DNA from: Candidatus Latescibacterota bacterium
GTDB taxonomy: Bacteria > Latescibacterota > UBA2968 > UBA8231
Assembly (NCBI GenBank): GCA_964291625.2
Contig: OZ220090.1
Span: 192,001 to 256,000, forward strand
Direction of reading: 5' to 3'
DNA: 64,000 bases
Each line of letters opens with the position of its first letter. Position 1 is the stretch's first letter. Position numbers and translations under genes: made by a program. Below the pieces are notes generated by a model. The model saw nothing but the letters and a program-made list of their open reading frames with translations, had not been told where the DNA came from and searched no databases. This document shows, piece after piece, positions 27,215 through 36,700 of this stretch.

Positions 27215-28963
27215 ATCGCCGAGGACGGAGAACGCCCCGGCCGCCGCCCCCGCGGCGACGAGGTCGACCCCTTCGAAGACGAGCGCTTCCGAGGCGGCGA
27301 GCCGGAGGAGGAGCACGACGACGAGCCGCTGCGGCTCGTCGACCAGGTTCTGCTGAGCCTGTCCGAGCGCGACCCGGCGCGGCCGCTGCTCTACCACCTG
27401 CGGCGGCAGCTGATGGAGCGCGAGATCACCTTCCAGGAGGCGCGGCGGACCCTCGTCGAGCTGGAGACGGCGCTGGAGAAGGTCACGGCCCCCGCCAACC
27501 GCGTGGGCATCTTCCTCGGGTCGCCGAAGGAAGGGGTGGCCACCGTCTTCGTCAGCGGTTCCGAGTACTACGCCAACATCGACCCGCGCGTGAATCCCGC
27601 CGATCTCACCGTGGGCGCCCGGGTGCTGATCAACGAGGCCTACGCCATCGTCGGGCTCCTGGGTTCCGCCCCGGCGGGCCCCGTGGCCCGCATATCCGAC
27701 CTGCTGGAGGACGGCCGGCTGCGCCTCGGCAACGAGCACGGCACCACCGACCTGGTCATCGAGCGCTCCGAGGCTCTCGCCGGCGTCGACCTGAAGGTGG
27801 GCGACGAGGTGCGCACCGACCCGTCGATGAAGGTCGCCCTGGAACGGCTGGCCTCGAAGGAGAGCCGCGAGTACTTCCTCGAGGACATCCCGCACGTGCC
27901 GTGGAGCCGCATCGGCGGCCAGGAGGAGGCGATCCGGGCGATCCGGGACACGATCGAGCTGCCCGCCCTGCACCCGGAGCTGTTCGAGAGGTTCGAGTAC
28001 TCCACGCCCAAGGGATTCCTGCTCTACGGCCCCCCGGGGTGCGGCAAGACCCTGATCGGCAAGGCCACCGCCTACAGCCTCGTGCAGCACCTGCGCGAGG
28101 AGGAGGGCCTGCAGGTGGAGGAGTACTTCATGCACATCAAGGGGCCGGAGATCCTCAACATGTGGCTCGGGGAGACCGAGCGCATGGTGCGCGAGGTCTT
28201 CGCCCAGGCCCGGCAGAAGCGCAAGGAGGGCTTCCTGCCCTTCATCTTCATCGACGAGGCCGAGTCGATCCTGGGAACGCGCCGGTCGATGCGCAGCCAC
28301 CACATCGCCAACACCGTGGTCCCCATGTTCTGCACCGAGATGGACGGCATCGAGTCGCTGCAGGAGGTGGTCATCATCCTCGCCTCCAACCGCCACGACC
28401 TGATCGACCCGGCGATCCTGCGCCCGGGGCGGATCGACCGCAAGATCAAGGTCGACCGGCCCGGCCGCGAGGCGGCGGAGGAGATCTTCGGCCTCTACCT
28501 CGGGCCGGGGCTGCCCCTCGACCCGGCCGCGGTGAGCGGGCACGGCAGCGCCGAGGCGGCGCGCCAGGGCCTGATCGCGGCGGCGGCGGCGGCCCTCTTC
28601 GCGCGCACCGAGGAGACCCGGGTCCTGGAGGTGGCGCTGCGCAGCGGCCGCACCGAGAGCCTCCACTTCGGAGACCTGGCCTCGGGGGCTCTCATCGACA
28701 ACATCGTGCAGCGCGCCAAGGAGACGGCGATCAAGCGGGCCATCGCCGCCGAGGACGGGGAGGCCGCCGGCGTGAGCGAGCAGGACCTGCTCGGGGCGGT
28801 GCGCGCCGAGTTCCGCGAGAGCGAGGTCTTCCCGCCCACCGACAGCGTCGAGGACTGGCTCAAGCTCCTCGACTACGACCCCGACAACGTGGTGCGCGTC
28901 AACCCCCGCTCCGCCGCCGCCGACCGCCCCGCCCCCGCGGGCGCCTCCGGAAGCGTCATCTGA
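27215..28963 (+). CDS. arc: Proteasome-associated AAA ATPase (Arc/Mpa); start probably ATC 27215, first ATG 27413
   Basis: Coiled coil, OB domains, GPPGCGKT, IKGPEILNMWLGETER, FIDEAES, RPGRID. The frame is open back to 27203, with AGGAG before the ATC. Confidence 0.9.
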   Translation: MAEDGERPGRRPRGDEVDPFEDERFRGGEPEEEHDDEPLRLVDQVLLSLSERDPARPLLYHLRRQLMEREITFQEARRTLVELETALEKVTAPANRVGIFLGSPKEGVATVFVSGSEYYANIDPRVNPADLTVGARVLINEAYAIVGLLGSAPAGPVARISDLLEDGRLRLGNEHGTTDLVIERSEALAGVDLKVGDEVRTDPSMKVALERLASKESREYFLEDIPHVPWSRIGGQEEAIRAIRDTIELPALHPELFERFEYSTPKGFLLYGPPGCGKTLIGKATAYSLVQHLREEEGLQVEEYFMHIKGPEILNMWLGETERMVREVFAQARQKRKEGFLPFIFIDEAESILGTRRSMRSHHIANTVVPMFCTEMDGIESLQEVVIILASNRHDLIDPAILRPGRIDRKIKVDRPGREAAEEIFGLYLGPGLPLDPAAVSGHGSAEAARQGLIAAAAAALFARTEETRVLEVALRSGRTESLHFGDLASGALIDNIVQRAKETAIKRAIAAEDGEAAGVSEQDLLGAVRAEFRESEVFPPTDSVEDWLKLLDYDPDNVVRVNPRSAAADRPAPAGASGSVI

Positions 28964-28967
28964 ACGG

Positions 28968-30500
28968 ATGTTCGGCCTGGAGACCGAGTACGGGATCCAG
29001 GTCGACGGCGTCGACGATCTCGACGTCGTCGTCGAGTCGATGGAGCTGATCCGCTGCTACCTGCGGGAGGACTTCGTCGCCCGCTGGGACTACGGCCTCG
29101 AGAACCCGCGCCGCGACATGCGCGGCTTCGAGGTCGACGGGCTGCTGAACGACCGCGACGAGACCGAGCACCTGCAGAAGGACCGGGCCCGCAAGATCCC
29201 CCTGAAGGACCTCAAGTCCGACCTCATCCTCGGCAACGGCGCCCGCCTCTACAACGACCACACCCACCCCGAGTACAGCACCGCCGAGTGCCTGACCCTG
29301 GCCGACCTGGTGGCCCAGGACCGCGCCGGCGAGGCCATCCTCCGGCACTGCGCCCGCCGGCGCAGCGCCCTCCGCGGCCGGGGGGTGGTGCGCCTCTACA
29401 AGAACAACACCGACTTCGACGGCCACAGCTACGGCTGCCACGAGAACTACCTGCTGCCCCGGGCGATCCCCTTCGACGACGTCATCGCCGCCCTGCTGCC
29501 CTTCCTGGTGACGCGCCAGATCTACGCCGGCGCCGGCAAGGTCGGGGTGGAGACCGGCTCGCGGACCGACCCCGGCCTCTACCAGCTGGCCCAGAGGTCC
29601 GACTTCTTCGAGGTCATCGCCAGCGTCGACACCATGACCCGCCGGCCCCTGGTCAACACCCGCGACGAGCCCCACGCCGACGCCGACCGCTACCGGCGCC
29701 TGCACATCATCATCGGCGACGCCAACCTCTGCGAGTGGGCCACGGCGCTGAAGGTGGGGGCCCTGCGCCTCGTTCTGGACCTGCTGATGGCCGGGAAGGC
29801 CCCGCGGCTGGTCCTCGCCGACCCGGTGGGTGCCGTGAAGGCGATCAGCCGCGACCCCCGCCGCCGCTGGGAGGTGGAGCTGGAGGACCGCCGCCCGACC
29901 ACGGCGATCGAGATCCAGCGCGCCTACCTCGAGGGCGCCCGGGAGCTGGCCGCCGGCCGCGACGCCGAGACCGACTGGGTCCTGGGGGAGTGGGGGTTCG
30001 CCCTCGACGCCCTCGGGGGCGACCCGGCGCAACTGACCGGCCGCTGCGACTGGGTGACCAAGAAGTGGCTCCTCGACGCCTTCGCCGAGGCCGAGGGGCT
30101 CGACTGGGGCGACCCCGGCCACCGCGCCTGGCTGCAGAGCCAGGATCTGGAGTACCACAACGTCGATCCCGGGGAGGGGCTGTACCTGCTCCTGGAGCGC
30201 TCGGAAGGGGGCCCCGTCTTCCGCTTGAGCGACGCCGCCGCCATCGACCGCGCCCTCGTGGAGCCGCCGGAGCGCACGCGGGCGCGCTTCCGGGGCCGGG
30301 CGGTGGAGAAGTTCGGCGCCGCCGTGCGTTCGCTGAACTGGGACAGCATCGAATTCCAGGTCGACGGGAGGCTCGCCACGGTCGATCTGAAGTGTTGTGT
30401 CGACGCCGATTCGGCGGCTATCTTCAACGACAAGCTCGACCGGGCGGGGTCGGTGGCCGAGTTGCTGGAGGCCCTGTCCGAAGCGGTGCCGGAGCGGTGA
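28968..30500 (+). CDS. dop: Dop-type deamidase/depupylase
   Basis: GLETEYG, Dop loop WDYGLENPRRDMRGF, NGARLYNDHTHPEYST, GCHENY, NTRDEPHAD. Confidence 0.9.
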   Translation: MFGLETEYGIQVDGVDDLDVVVESMELIRCYLREDFVARWDYGLENPRRDMRGFEVDGLLNDRDETEHLQKDRARKIPLKDLKSDLILGNGARLYNDHTHPEYSTAECLTLADLVAQDRAGEAILRHCARRRSALRGRGVVRLYKNNTDFDGHSYGCHENYLLPRAIPFDDVIAALLPFLVTRQIYAGAGKVGVETGSRTDPGLYQLAQRSDFFEVIASVDTMTRRPLVNTRDEPHADADRYRRLHIIIGDANLCEWATALKVGALRLVLDLLMAGKAPRLVLADPVGAVKAISRDPRRRWEVELEDRRPTTAIEIQRAYLEGARELAAGRDAETDWVLGEWGFALDALGGDPAQLTGRCDWVTKKWLLDAFAEAEGLDWGDPGHRAWLQSQDLEYHNVDPGEGLYLLLERSEGGPVFRLSDAAAIDRALVEPPERTRARFRGRAVEKFGAAVRSLNWDSIEFQVDGRLATVDLKCCVDADSAAIFNDKLDRAGSVAELLEALSEAVPER

Positions 30501-30516
30501 GACGAGGGAGCTTCCG

Positions 30517-30708
30517 ATGACCCGAGGATTCGAACTGGGCGAGCGAACCACCCGTCCGAGGCCGATGGACGGCGGCGACGAAGGCGGCGACGACCAGGGA
30601 CCGCGGCGCCCCAAGGTGGAGCGCCCCGACACCGACGACCTGCTGCGCCGCATGCGCCGGGTCGATCCGAACCAGGCGCGCCGATACCGCCAGCGCACGG
30701 GCCAGTAG
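30517..30708 (+). CDS. ubact: Ubiquitin-like modifier UBact (Pup analogue), 63 aa
   Basis: MTRGFELGERTTRPRPMDGGDEGGDDQGPRRPKVERPDTDDLLRRMRRVDPNQARRYRQRTGQ. C-terminal R-T-G-Q. Position between dop and prcB. RBS present. Confidence 0.92.
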   Translation: MTRGFELGERTTRPRPMDGGDEGGDDQGPRRPKVERPDTDDLLRRMRRVDPNQARRYRQRTGQ

Positions 30709-30736
30709 CGCCGGCCGACGGTGCATCCGCGGCGCC

Positions 30737-31528
30737 ATGGAGAGCGCCGACTTCCTCAACATCCTCAAGGAGCGCGGGCAGTTGCCGCCCGCGCCCGACG
30801 TCCCGGCTCCCGCGGCCTCCGCAGCCTCTGCGGCCTCCGCAGGAGAGGTGGCGGAGGGCACGACGATCCTCGCGGTGCGCTGTGCCGAGGGGGTCCTGGT
30901 CGCCGGCGACCGCCGCGCCACGGCGGGCCACACCGTCATCCACGACCGCGCCGACAAGGTGCTCTCCGTGGACGACCGCTCGGTGCTCGCCCTCTCCGGA
31001 TCCCCGGCGAGCGCCTACGAGATCGCCCGCATGCTGGAGATCTCCTTCCAGCACTACCGCCGCACCCAGCTGCAGGAGCTGAGCCTCGACGGACGGTTGC
31101 GCACCCTGTCGCGGCTGCTGCGCGAGAACCTGCCCCTGGCGCTGCAGGGGATCGGCGCCGTGGTCCCCATCTACGCCACCTGCGAGGACGCCGGCTCCGG
31201 CCCCGAGGGCAAGATCTTCTTCTACGACGTCCTCGGCGCCACCTTCGAGTCCGTCGACTTCTGCACCACCGGCTCCGGATCGCCGATCATCCGCGGCGCC
31301 CTCTACTACCTCAACCGCTGGGAGCGGCCCTTCGCCGAGCGCAGCGGCGGCGAGGCCCTGGAGCTGGTGGTGAAGATGCTGGAGACGGCGGCCGAGTACG
31401 ACACCGCCACGGGCGGCTTCAAGGCGACGGCCGCCATCTATCCCCAGGTGATGCGGGTCACCGGCGAGGGCATCTTCACGGTCCCCGAAGGGGAGCTGGC
31501 ACAGGTCTACGCCGGGTTGAGCGGCTGA
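30737..31528 (+). CDS. prcB: 20S proteasome beta subunit
   Basis: Propeptide ending EG|TTILA (Thr1), AGDRRAT, DKV, GSGS. Confidence 0.92.
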   Translation: MESADFLNILKERGQLPPAPDVPAPAASAASAASAGEVAEGTTILAVRCAEGVLVAGDRRATAGHTVIHDRADKVLSVDDRSVLALSGSPASAYEIARMLEISFQHYRRTQLQELSLDGRLRTLSRLLRENLPLALQGIGAVVPIYATCEDAGSGPEGKIFFYDVLGATFESVDFCTTGSGSPIIRGALYYLNRWERPFAERSGGEALELVVKMLETAAEYDTATGGFKATAAIYPQVMRVTGEGIFTVPEGELAQVYAGLSG

Positions 31529-32310
31529 TGCTGGACGAGCCCTACCGCTGGGTCGAGGCGATCCGCAACCGGCGCGAGTACACCGAGGACCAGCTCGCGG
31601 GGGCCAGCCCCGTGGTCGCCCTGGCCTACGACGACGGCCTGCTGCTGCTCACCTCGACGCCGGGGCCGCGCAAGCTCTTCGAGGTCTACAACCAGGTGGG
31701 CTTCGCCGGCATCGGCCATCCCGCCGACATCGAGAAGCTGCGCAAGGCGGTCATCGACATCGCCCACGTGGAGGTCTTCAACCTGTCGGCCAGCGACGTC
31801 TCCCTGCAGCGGCTGGTCAACCTCGGCGTGGGGCCCCTGATGAAGTCCGCCTTCGACGAGATCTTCCGCTCGCCCTACATCGCCCGCGTCCTGGTGGCCG
31901 AGCTCGACCCGCCGGCGGCGGCGGAGACGTTCTACACCATCGATCCCGACGGCTCCTTCAACAGCGCCGCCGAGGCCGCCGCCATCGCCGGCTCCTCCGA
32001 GGCGGCCGAGGCGATCCTGGCGAGGCTGCGCGGCGGCGAGGGCGGCGAGCCCCTCGACCGGGCCCTGGCCCGGGCCCTTCGCGCCTGGGGCGCCGGGCGC
32101 GTCCTGGCCGGCCGCGATCCCGGGGAGCCGGGGGACGGGGAGGAGGGCGAGGCGGAGGTCGGCGAGGAGGAGGTGCGGGAGGCGGTGCGCGCCGCCCTCG
32201 ACGGGGGCCGCTTCGAGGCCGCCGTCCTCGAGCGCAGCCGGCCCACGAAGACCAAGTTCCGACTGCTGAGCCCCGGGGAGCTGGCCTCCTCCCTGGCCGC
32301 CTTCGAGTAG
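31528..32310 (+). CDS. prcA: 20S proteasome alpha subunit
   Basis: MLDEPYRWVEAIRNRREY...SPVVAL...RKLFEVYN..AGIG; EAAVLER. TGATG coupling. Confidence 0.88.
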   Translation: MLDEPYRWVEAIRNRREYTEDQLAGASPVVALAYDDGLLLLTSTPGPRKLFEVYNQVGFAGIGHPADIEKLRKAVIDIAHVEVFNLSASDVSLQRLVNLGVGPLMKSAFDEIFRSPYIARVLVAELDPPAAAETFYTIDPDGSFNSAAEAAAIAGSSEAAEAILARLRGGEGGEPLDRALARALRAWGAGRVLAGRDPGEPGDGEEGEAEVGEEEVREAVRAALDGGRFEAAVLERSRPTKTKFRLLSPGELASSLAAFE

Positions 32311-32315
32311 GTCCC

Positions 32316-33743
32316 GTGCGCAACCGCCTCTACGGCCTGGAGATCGAGTACGGCTGCATGCCGCCCGACTCCGATCCCTTCCTCAGCCCCGACTACATAT
32401 CGGTGAAGACCAAGGACTGCGTCTTCTACCGCGAGGGGCTGGGCATCGTCGACATCCACTACCGCGGGCGCGACGAGCCGCCGGGCAACGGCGGCTTCCT
32501 GTTCAACGGCGGCCGCATCTACATCGACATGGGGCACGTGGAGTACGCCACGCCCGAGTGCCGCGGCCTCTTCGACCTGGTCGCCTCGGACCGCGCCGGC
32601 GAGGTGATCCTGCAGCGCGCCCTCGACCAGCTCGGACTGGCCGACGAGGCGGGGTTCTTCAAGAACAACATCGACCACTACACGGGCGCCACCTTCGGCT
32701 GCCACGAGAACTACCTGGTGCGCCGCGACGTGCCGTTCTCGCAGGTCCTGCTGCCGGCGATCCTGCCGTTCTTCGTGAGCCGGCAGATCTACGCCGGCGC
32801 CGGCCGGGTCGGCTGCCACACCGACATCTTCGAGTACGGAACCGGCGAGGAGGGCGACGTCCCCTACCAGATCTCCCAGCGCGCCGACCACATCGTCACC
32901 GAGATCTACCAGTGGATCCAGTTCAGCCGCGCCATCATCAACACCCGCGACGAGCCGCTGGCCGACTGGGGGCTCTACCGCAGGCTGCACCTGCTTGTGG
33001 GCGACTCCAACATGTCCGAGTACGCCACGGCGCTGAAGGTGGGCACCACGGCCCTCATGCTGGAGCTCCTCGAGGAGCGCATCGTGCCCGAGGTGAAGAT
33101 GCTCGACCCGGTGCAGGCGATCCGCGACATCTCGCGGGACCTGACCTTCAAGTGGGAGGTGCAGCTCGAGGACGGAAGCTACACCACCGCCCTGGAGGTG
33201 CAGCGCCAGTACCTGCGGCTGGCCGAGACCTACCTGCGCGGCAAGGACCCCGAGGGCGACTGGGTCCTCGACGAGTGGCGCCTCGTCCTCGACGCCCTGG
33301 CCTGCGACCCCATGGCCCTGATGGACCGCCTCGACTGGGTGACCAAGAAGTGGCTCCTGGAGACCTTCATGGCGGCGGAGGGCAAGGACTGGGACGACCC
33401 GTGGATCCAGTCGCTGGACCTGGAGTACCACAACCTGAATCCCTCCCGCGGCCTCTACCACGACCTGCGCCAGCGGGGACTGCTGCGCAAGGTGGTCGAC
33501 GACGAGCGCGTGAACCAGGCCATCGTCCGGCCTCCCGAGGACACGCGGGCCCGTGCCCGGTCGAAGGTGATGCGCGCCCTCACCGGCCAGAAGGCGCGCT
33601 ACGTCATCGACTGGGACTCGATCTACGTGGAGGACGAGAAGTATCTCAATCTCGACGATCCCTTCCTCTCGTACGAGGCGGAGACCGACGCCTTCATCAA
33701 GGAATGCGGCCGGGCGCCGGACGTGAGCGGCGCCGGGGCGTGA
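32316..33743 (+). CDS. pafA: PafA-type ligase
   Basis: GLEIEYG, FLFNGGRIYIDMGHVEYATPEC, GCHENY, INTRDEPLAD, DLEYH. No Dop loop. Confidence 0.9.
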   Translation: MRNRLYGLEIEYGCMPPDSDPFLSPDYISVKTKDCVFYREGLGIVDIHYRGRDEPPGNGGFLFNGGRIYIDMGHVEYATPECRGLFDLVASDRAGEVILQRALDQLGLADEAGFFKNNIDHYTGATFGCHENYLVRRDVPFSQVLLPAILPFFVSRQIYAGAGRVGCHTDIFEYGTGEEGDVPYQISQRADHIVTEIYQWIQFSRAIINTRDEPLADWGLYRRLHLLVGDSNMSEYATALKVGTTALMLELLEERIVPEVKMLDPVQAIRDISRDLTFKWEVQLEDGSYTTALEVQRQYLRLAETYLRGKDPEGDWVLDEWRLVLDALACDPMALMDRLDWVTKKWLLETFMAAEGKDWDDPWIQSLDLEYHNLNPSRGLYHDLRQRGLLRKVVDDERVNQAIVRPPEDTRARARSKVMRALTGQKARYVIDWDSIYVEDEKYLNLDDPFLSYEAETDAFIKECGRAPDVSGAGA

Positions 33744-36700
33744 GCGTCCGCGGCCCGGCGGCGGTCTGGCCGGTCCTGCTCGGTCTGCTCGCCGCCCCCG
33801 CCGACGCCTGGCAGGCCGCCGACCCCTCCGCCCGCCCGGCGGGCCCGCCTTCGCCCGAGGCCGCCCGCGGCACCTACAACGCCCTGGTGATATTCGCCAA
33901 GTTCGCCGGCGAGGCCCCCGGGAGCGACCGCAAGCCCTCGTGGGCCGACGACCTCTTCGACGACAGCCGGCCGGGCAGCCTCACCCACTTCTACGACGAG
34001 ATGTCCGGCGGCGAGTTGCGGGTATCCGGGCAGGTCCTGCCGCGGCGCTACGAGTCCCTCGAACCGGCCTCCGCCTACCTGGCCGACAGCTCCGGCACCC
34101 TCGGTGACTTCGGCCGCTTCAACCGGGAGGTCCTGCAGAAGGCCGACGCCGACGTCGACATGGGCGCCTTCGACAACGACGGCCCCGACGGCGTGCCCAA
34201 CTCCGGCGACGACGACGGCTACGTGGACATCCTCTTCATCAACCTGCACACGGCGCCCGAGAACTTCTTCATCACCCGGGCCACGGGCATCGCCAGCCTG
34301 GGGCTGAACACCGAGTTCCTCTCCGACGACGAGGCCGCCGGCGGCGGGGTCATCCGGGTCCGCGACCGGTTCTCCGGGTTCGCCGGCACCACCCAGCGGG
34401 GCCACGTCTTCGGGGTGACGGCCGGGACCATGTGCCACGAGTTCGCCCACCTCCTCGGCCTGCCCGACCTCTTCGACCAGTCCTCGATCTCGGCCACCGG
34501 CGAGCTCGACCCGGCGGAGGAGTCGGCGGGCATCGGCAAGTGGGGCCTCATGGGGCTGGGGATCCTCGGCTGGGGAGAGGGGGACGGCCCCAACGCCTTC
34601 TCCGCCTGGTCCCTGGCGAAGCTGGGCTGGCTCGGGCCGGGCAACGAGCGCCTGGTGGAAGTGACCGAGTCGATGCGGGAGGTGGAGCTGGAGTCGATCG
34701 ACCGCGGCGGCCGCGTGCTCAAGGTGAGCCTGACGCCGGACGAGTACTTCCTCATCGAGAACCGCCAGGCCCACGGATTCTACAACCGCAACATCCCGGG
34801 GGGAGGGCTCCTGGTCTGGCACGTGGACGAGCGCGCCGACAACGACGAGGAGCGGCACAAGCAGGTCGACCTGGTCTGCGCCGACGGGCTCTACGCCGAC
34901 CGCGGCTACCCGGGCGGCGACCCCGACCCGGTCTCGGGGCGCGACAACCTCGACTTCCATTCCCGGGACCCAGCCTACGACGGCGAGCACAACGGCAACG
35001 AGGGCGACGCCACCGACCCCTTCGACGGGGTGAGGTTCCAGCGCCTCGCCTTCGACACCAACCCCGGCCTGCGCGGTCACGCCGGCTCCCGCCGCGGCGT
35101 TCCCCTCGGCTTCGTCCTCGACCGCATAACCCCCCTCGAGAACGGCCGCATGGGCCTGGACGTGCTGTTGCGCCAGCCGGCGGAGGGCCAGGTCACGGGA
35201 TCGGAGAGATGGTCGGGGGAGGTGGCCGTGGAGGGCGACATCGTCGTCGAGGCGGGGGCCTCCCTGACCCTGGCTCCCGGCACGAGAGTGAGCTTCGCCG
35301 CCGCCGACAGCCGCGGCACCGGCTTCGACCCGGGCCGCTGCGAGCTCATCGTCTACGGGGAGCTCGTCGTCGAGGGCGACAGCGCCGCGCCGGTGCGTCT
35401 GACCCACGCGGAGGGCAGCGGCTGGCTGGGGGTGCTGGTCTTCGGCGGCGGCAGCCCGGGGCTGGAGCCCGCGCGGGACGCCGGAGGACTGATTCTGGAA
35501 GGGGCGCGCCTCGGCATCGCGCGGGACCGCCTGCCGCCGGGGACGACCCGGTGGGGAGGGAAGCGGTCCATCCCCTGGGACCTGCTGGTGCCCGCCGGCG
35601 CGGTCCTGGACATCGCCCCCGGATCGGAGACCCGGTTCGCGCCCGGGGACCTGGCCCTTCGCGGCACCCTGCCGGAGCACGTGGAGCTGACCGTCGAGGG
35701 CCGCCTGACGGTGGCCGCCACCGCCGCCGACCCGGCGGTCTTCACCGTCGATTCGATCCTGCCCGAGGAGCTGTGGGCCGGCCTGCGGCTGGCCGCCGGA
35801 GGCGCCGTCGACGCCACCGGCCTTCGCCTCGATCAGGCGATCATCGGGATCGGCGGGGAGATGACGGCGGAGGGGGGGTTCCACCTGGCCGACGCCAGTC
35901 TGGAGCGGCTGGCGCGGGGCGTCGATGTCGGCCTCTTCGGCATGGCGACCATCGACCGCGCCACCTTCCGCTCCATCGCCGACCGGGCCGTCTGGGTTCG
36001 GGGGGCGGGCCACCTGCGGATGCGCAGCAGCGTGGTGGAGGAGAACGGCCGCGAGGGCGTCGTCACCAGCGGCGCCGGCCTCGTGCTGATCGACACGAGA
36101 GTGAGCGGCAACGGAGTCCTCGACAGCGGCGATCCGCGCTCGGGGCTGCTGGCCGAGGGCGGCGTGGGCCGGCGTCTCGAGCTGTGGCGGAGCACGGTGG
36201 AGGGGAACGAGCTCCACGGACTGGAGCTGGACGGCTGGAGAGGGGTGATCGAGCTCCACGGCACCCACATCACCGCCAACCGCCGCGACGGCCTGCGCGT
36301 CGACGGCGCCGAGAGGATGGTCTTCGAGGAGGTGGAGGTCCACCGCAACCGCGGCACCGGCGCCCATCTGGCGTCGACCGCCTCCGAGGTGTGGACCACC
36401 GACTTCGACACCAACCTCGGCGGCGGCCTGCGCGTGGAGGGGGGCACGGTGGCGGTGGAGATGAGCCATTTCACCGCCAACGGGGCCGTCCTCACCGGGA
36501 CCGCCGCCGCCGCGGTCCGCACCAGCGAGTTCGTCAACGCCGCGGTGGGCCTGCACTCCGTCGACTCGGCCCCCGCCATCGTCGGCAACCTCTTCACCGG
36601 CAACGTCACGGCCCTGCGCATCGACGGTCCGGCGGTGCCCGACCCGATCCGGGACAACCACTTCGAAGGCAACAGCCTGGCCTTGGAGAACCGCAGCGAC

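Noticed and set aside
26480-28963. LepB-Arc fusion by read-through of the in-frame TAG
   Set aside because: The two genes share a frame, but the LepB catalytic domain is extracytoplasmic, and an RBS plus ATC right after the stop explains arc more simply.
30397-30708. 103-aa ORF or canonical actinobacterial Pup
   Set aside because: The longer start overlaps dop, whereas ATG 30517 has an RBS. The C-terminus is RTGQ (UBact), not GG[EQ].
30810-30842. 9-bp tandem repeat (AAS)x3 in prcB
   Set aside because: Low-complexity, imperfect repeat within the cleaved propeptide. Not a CRISPR or contingency locus.
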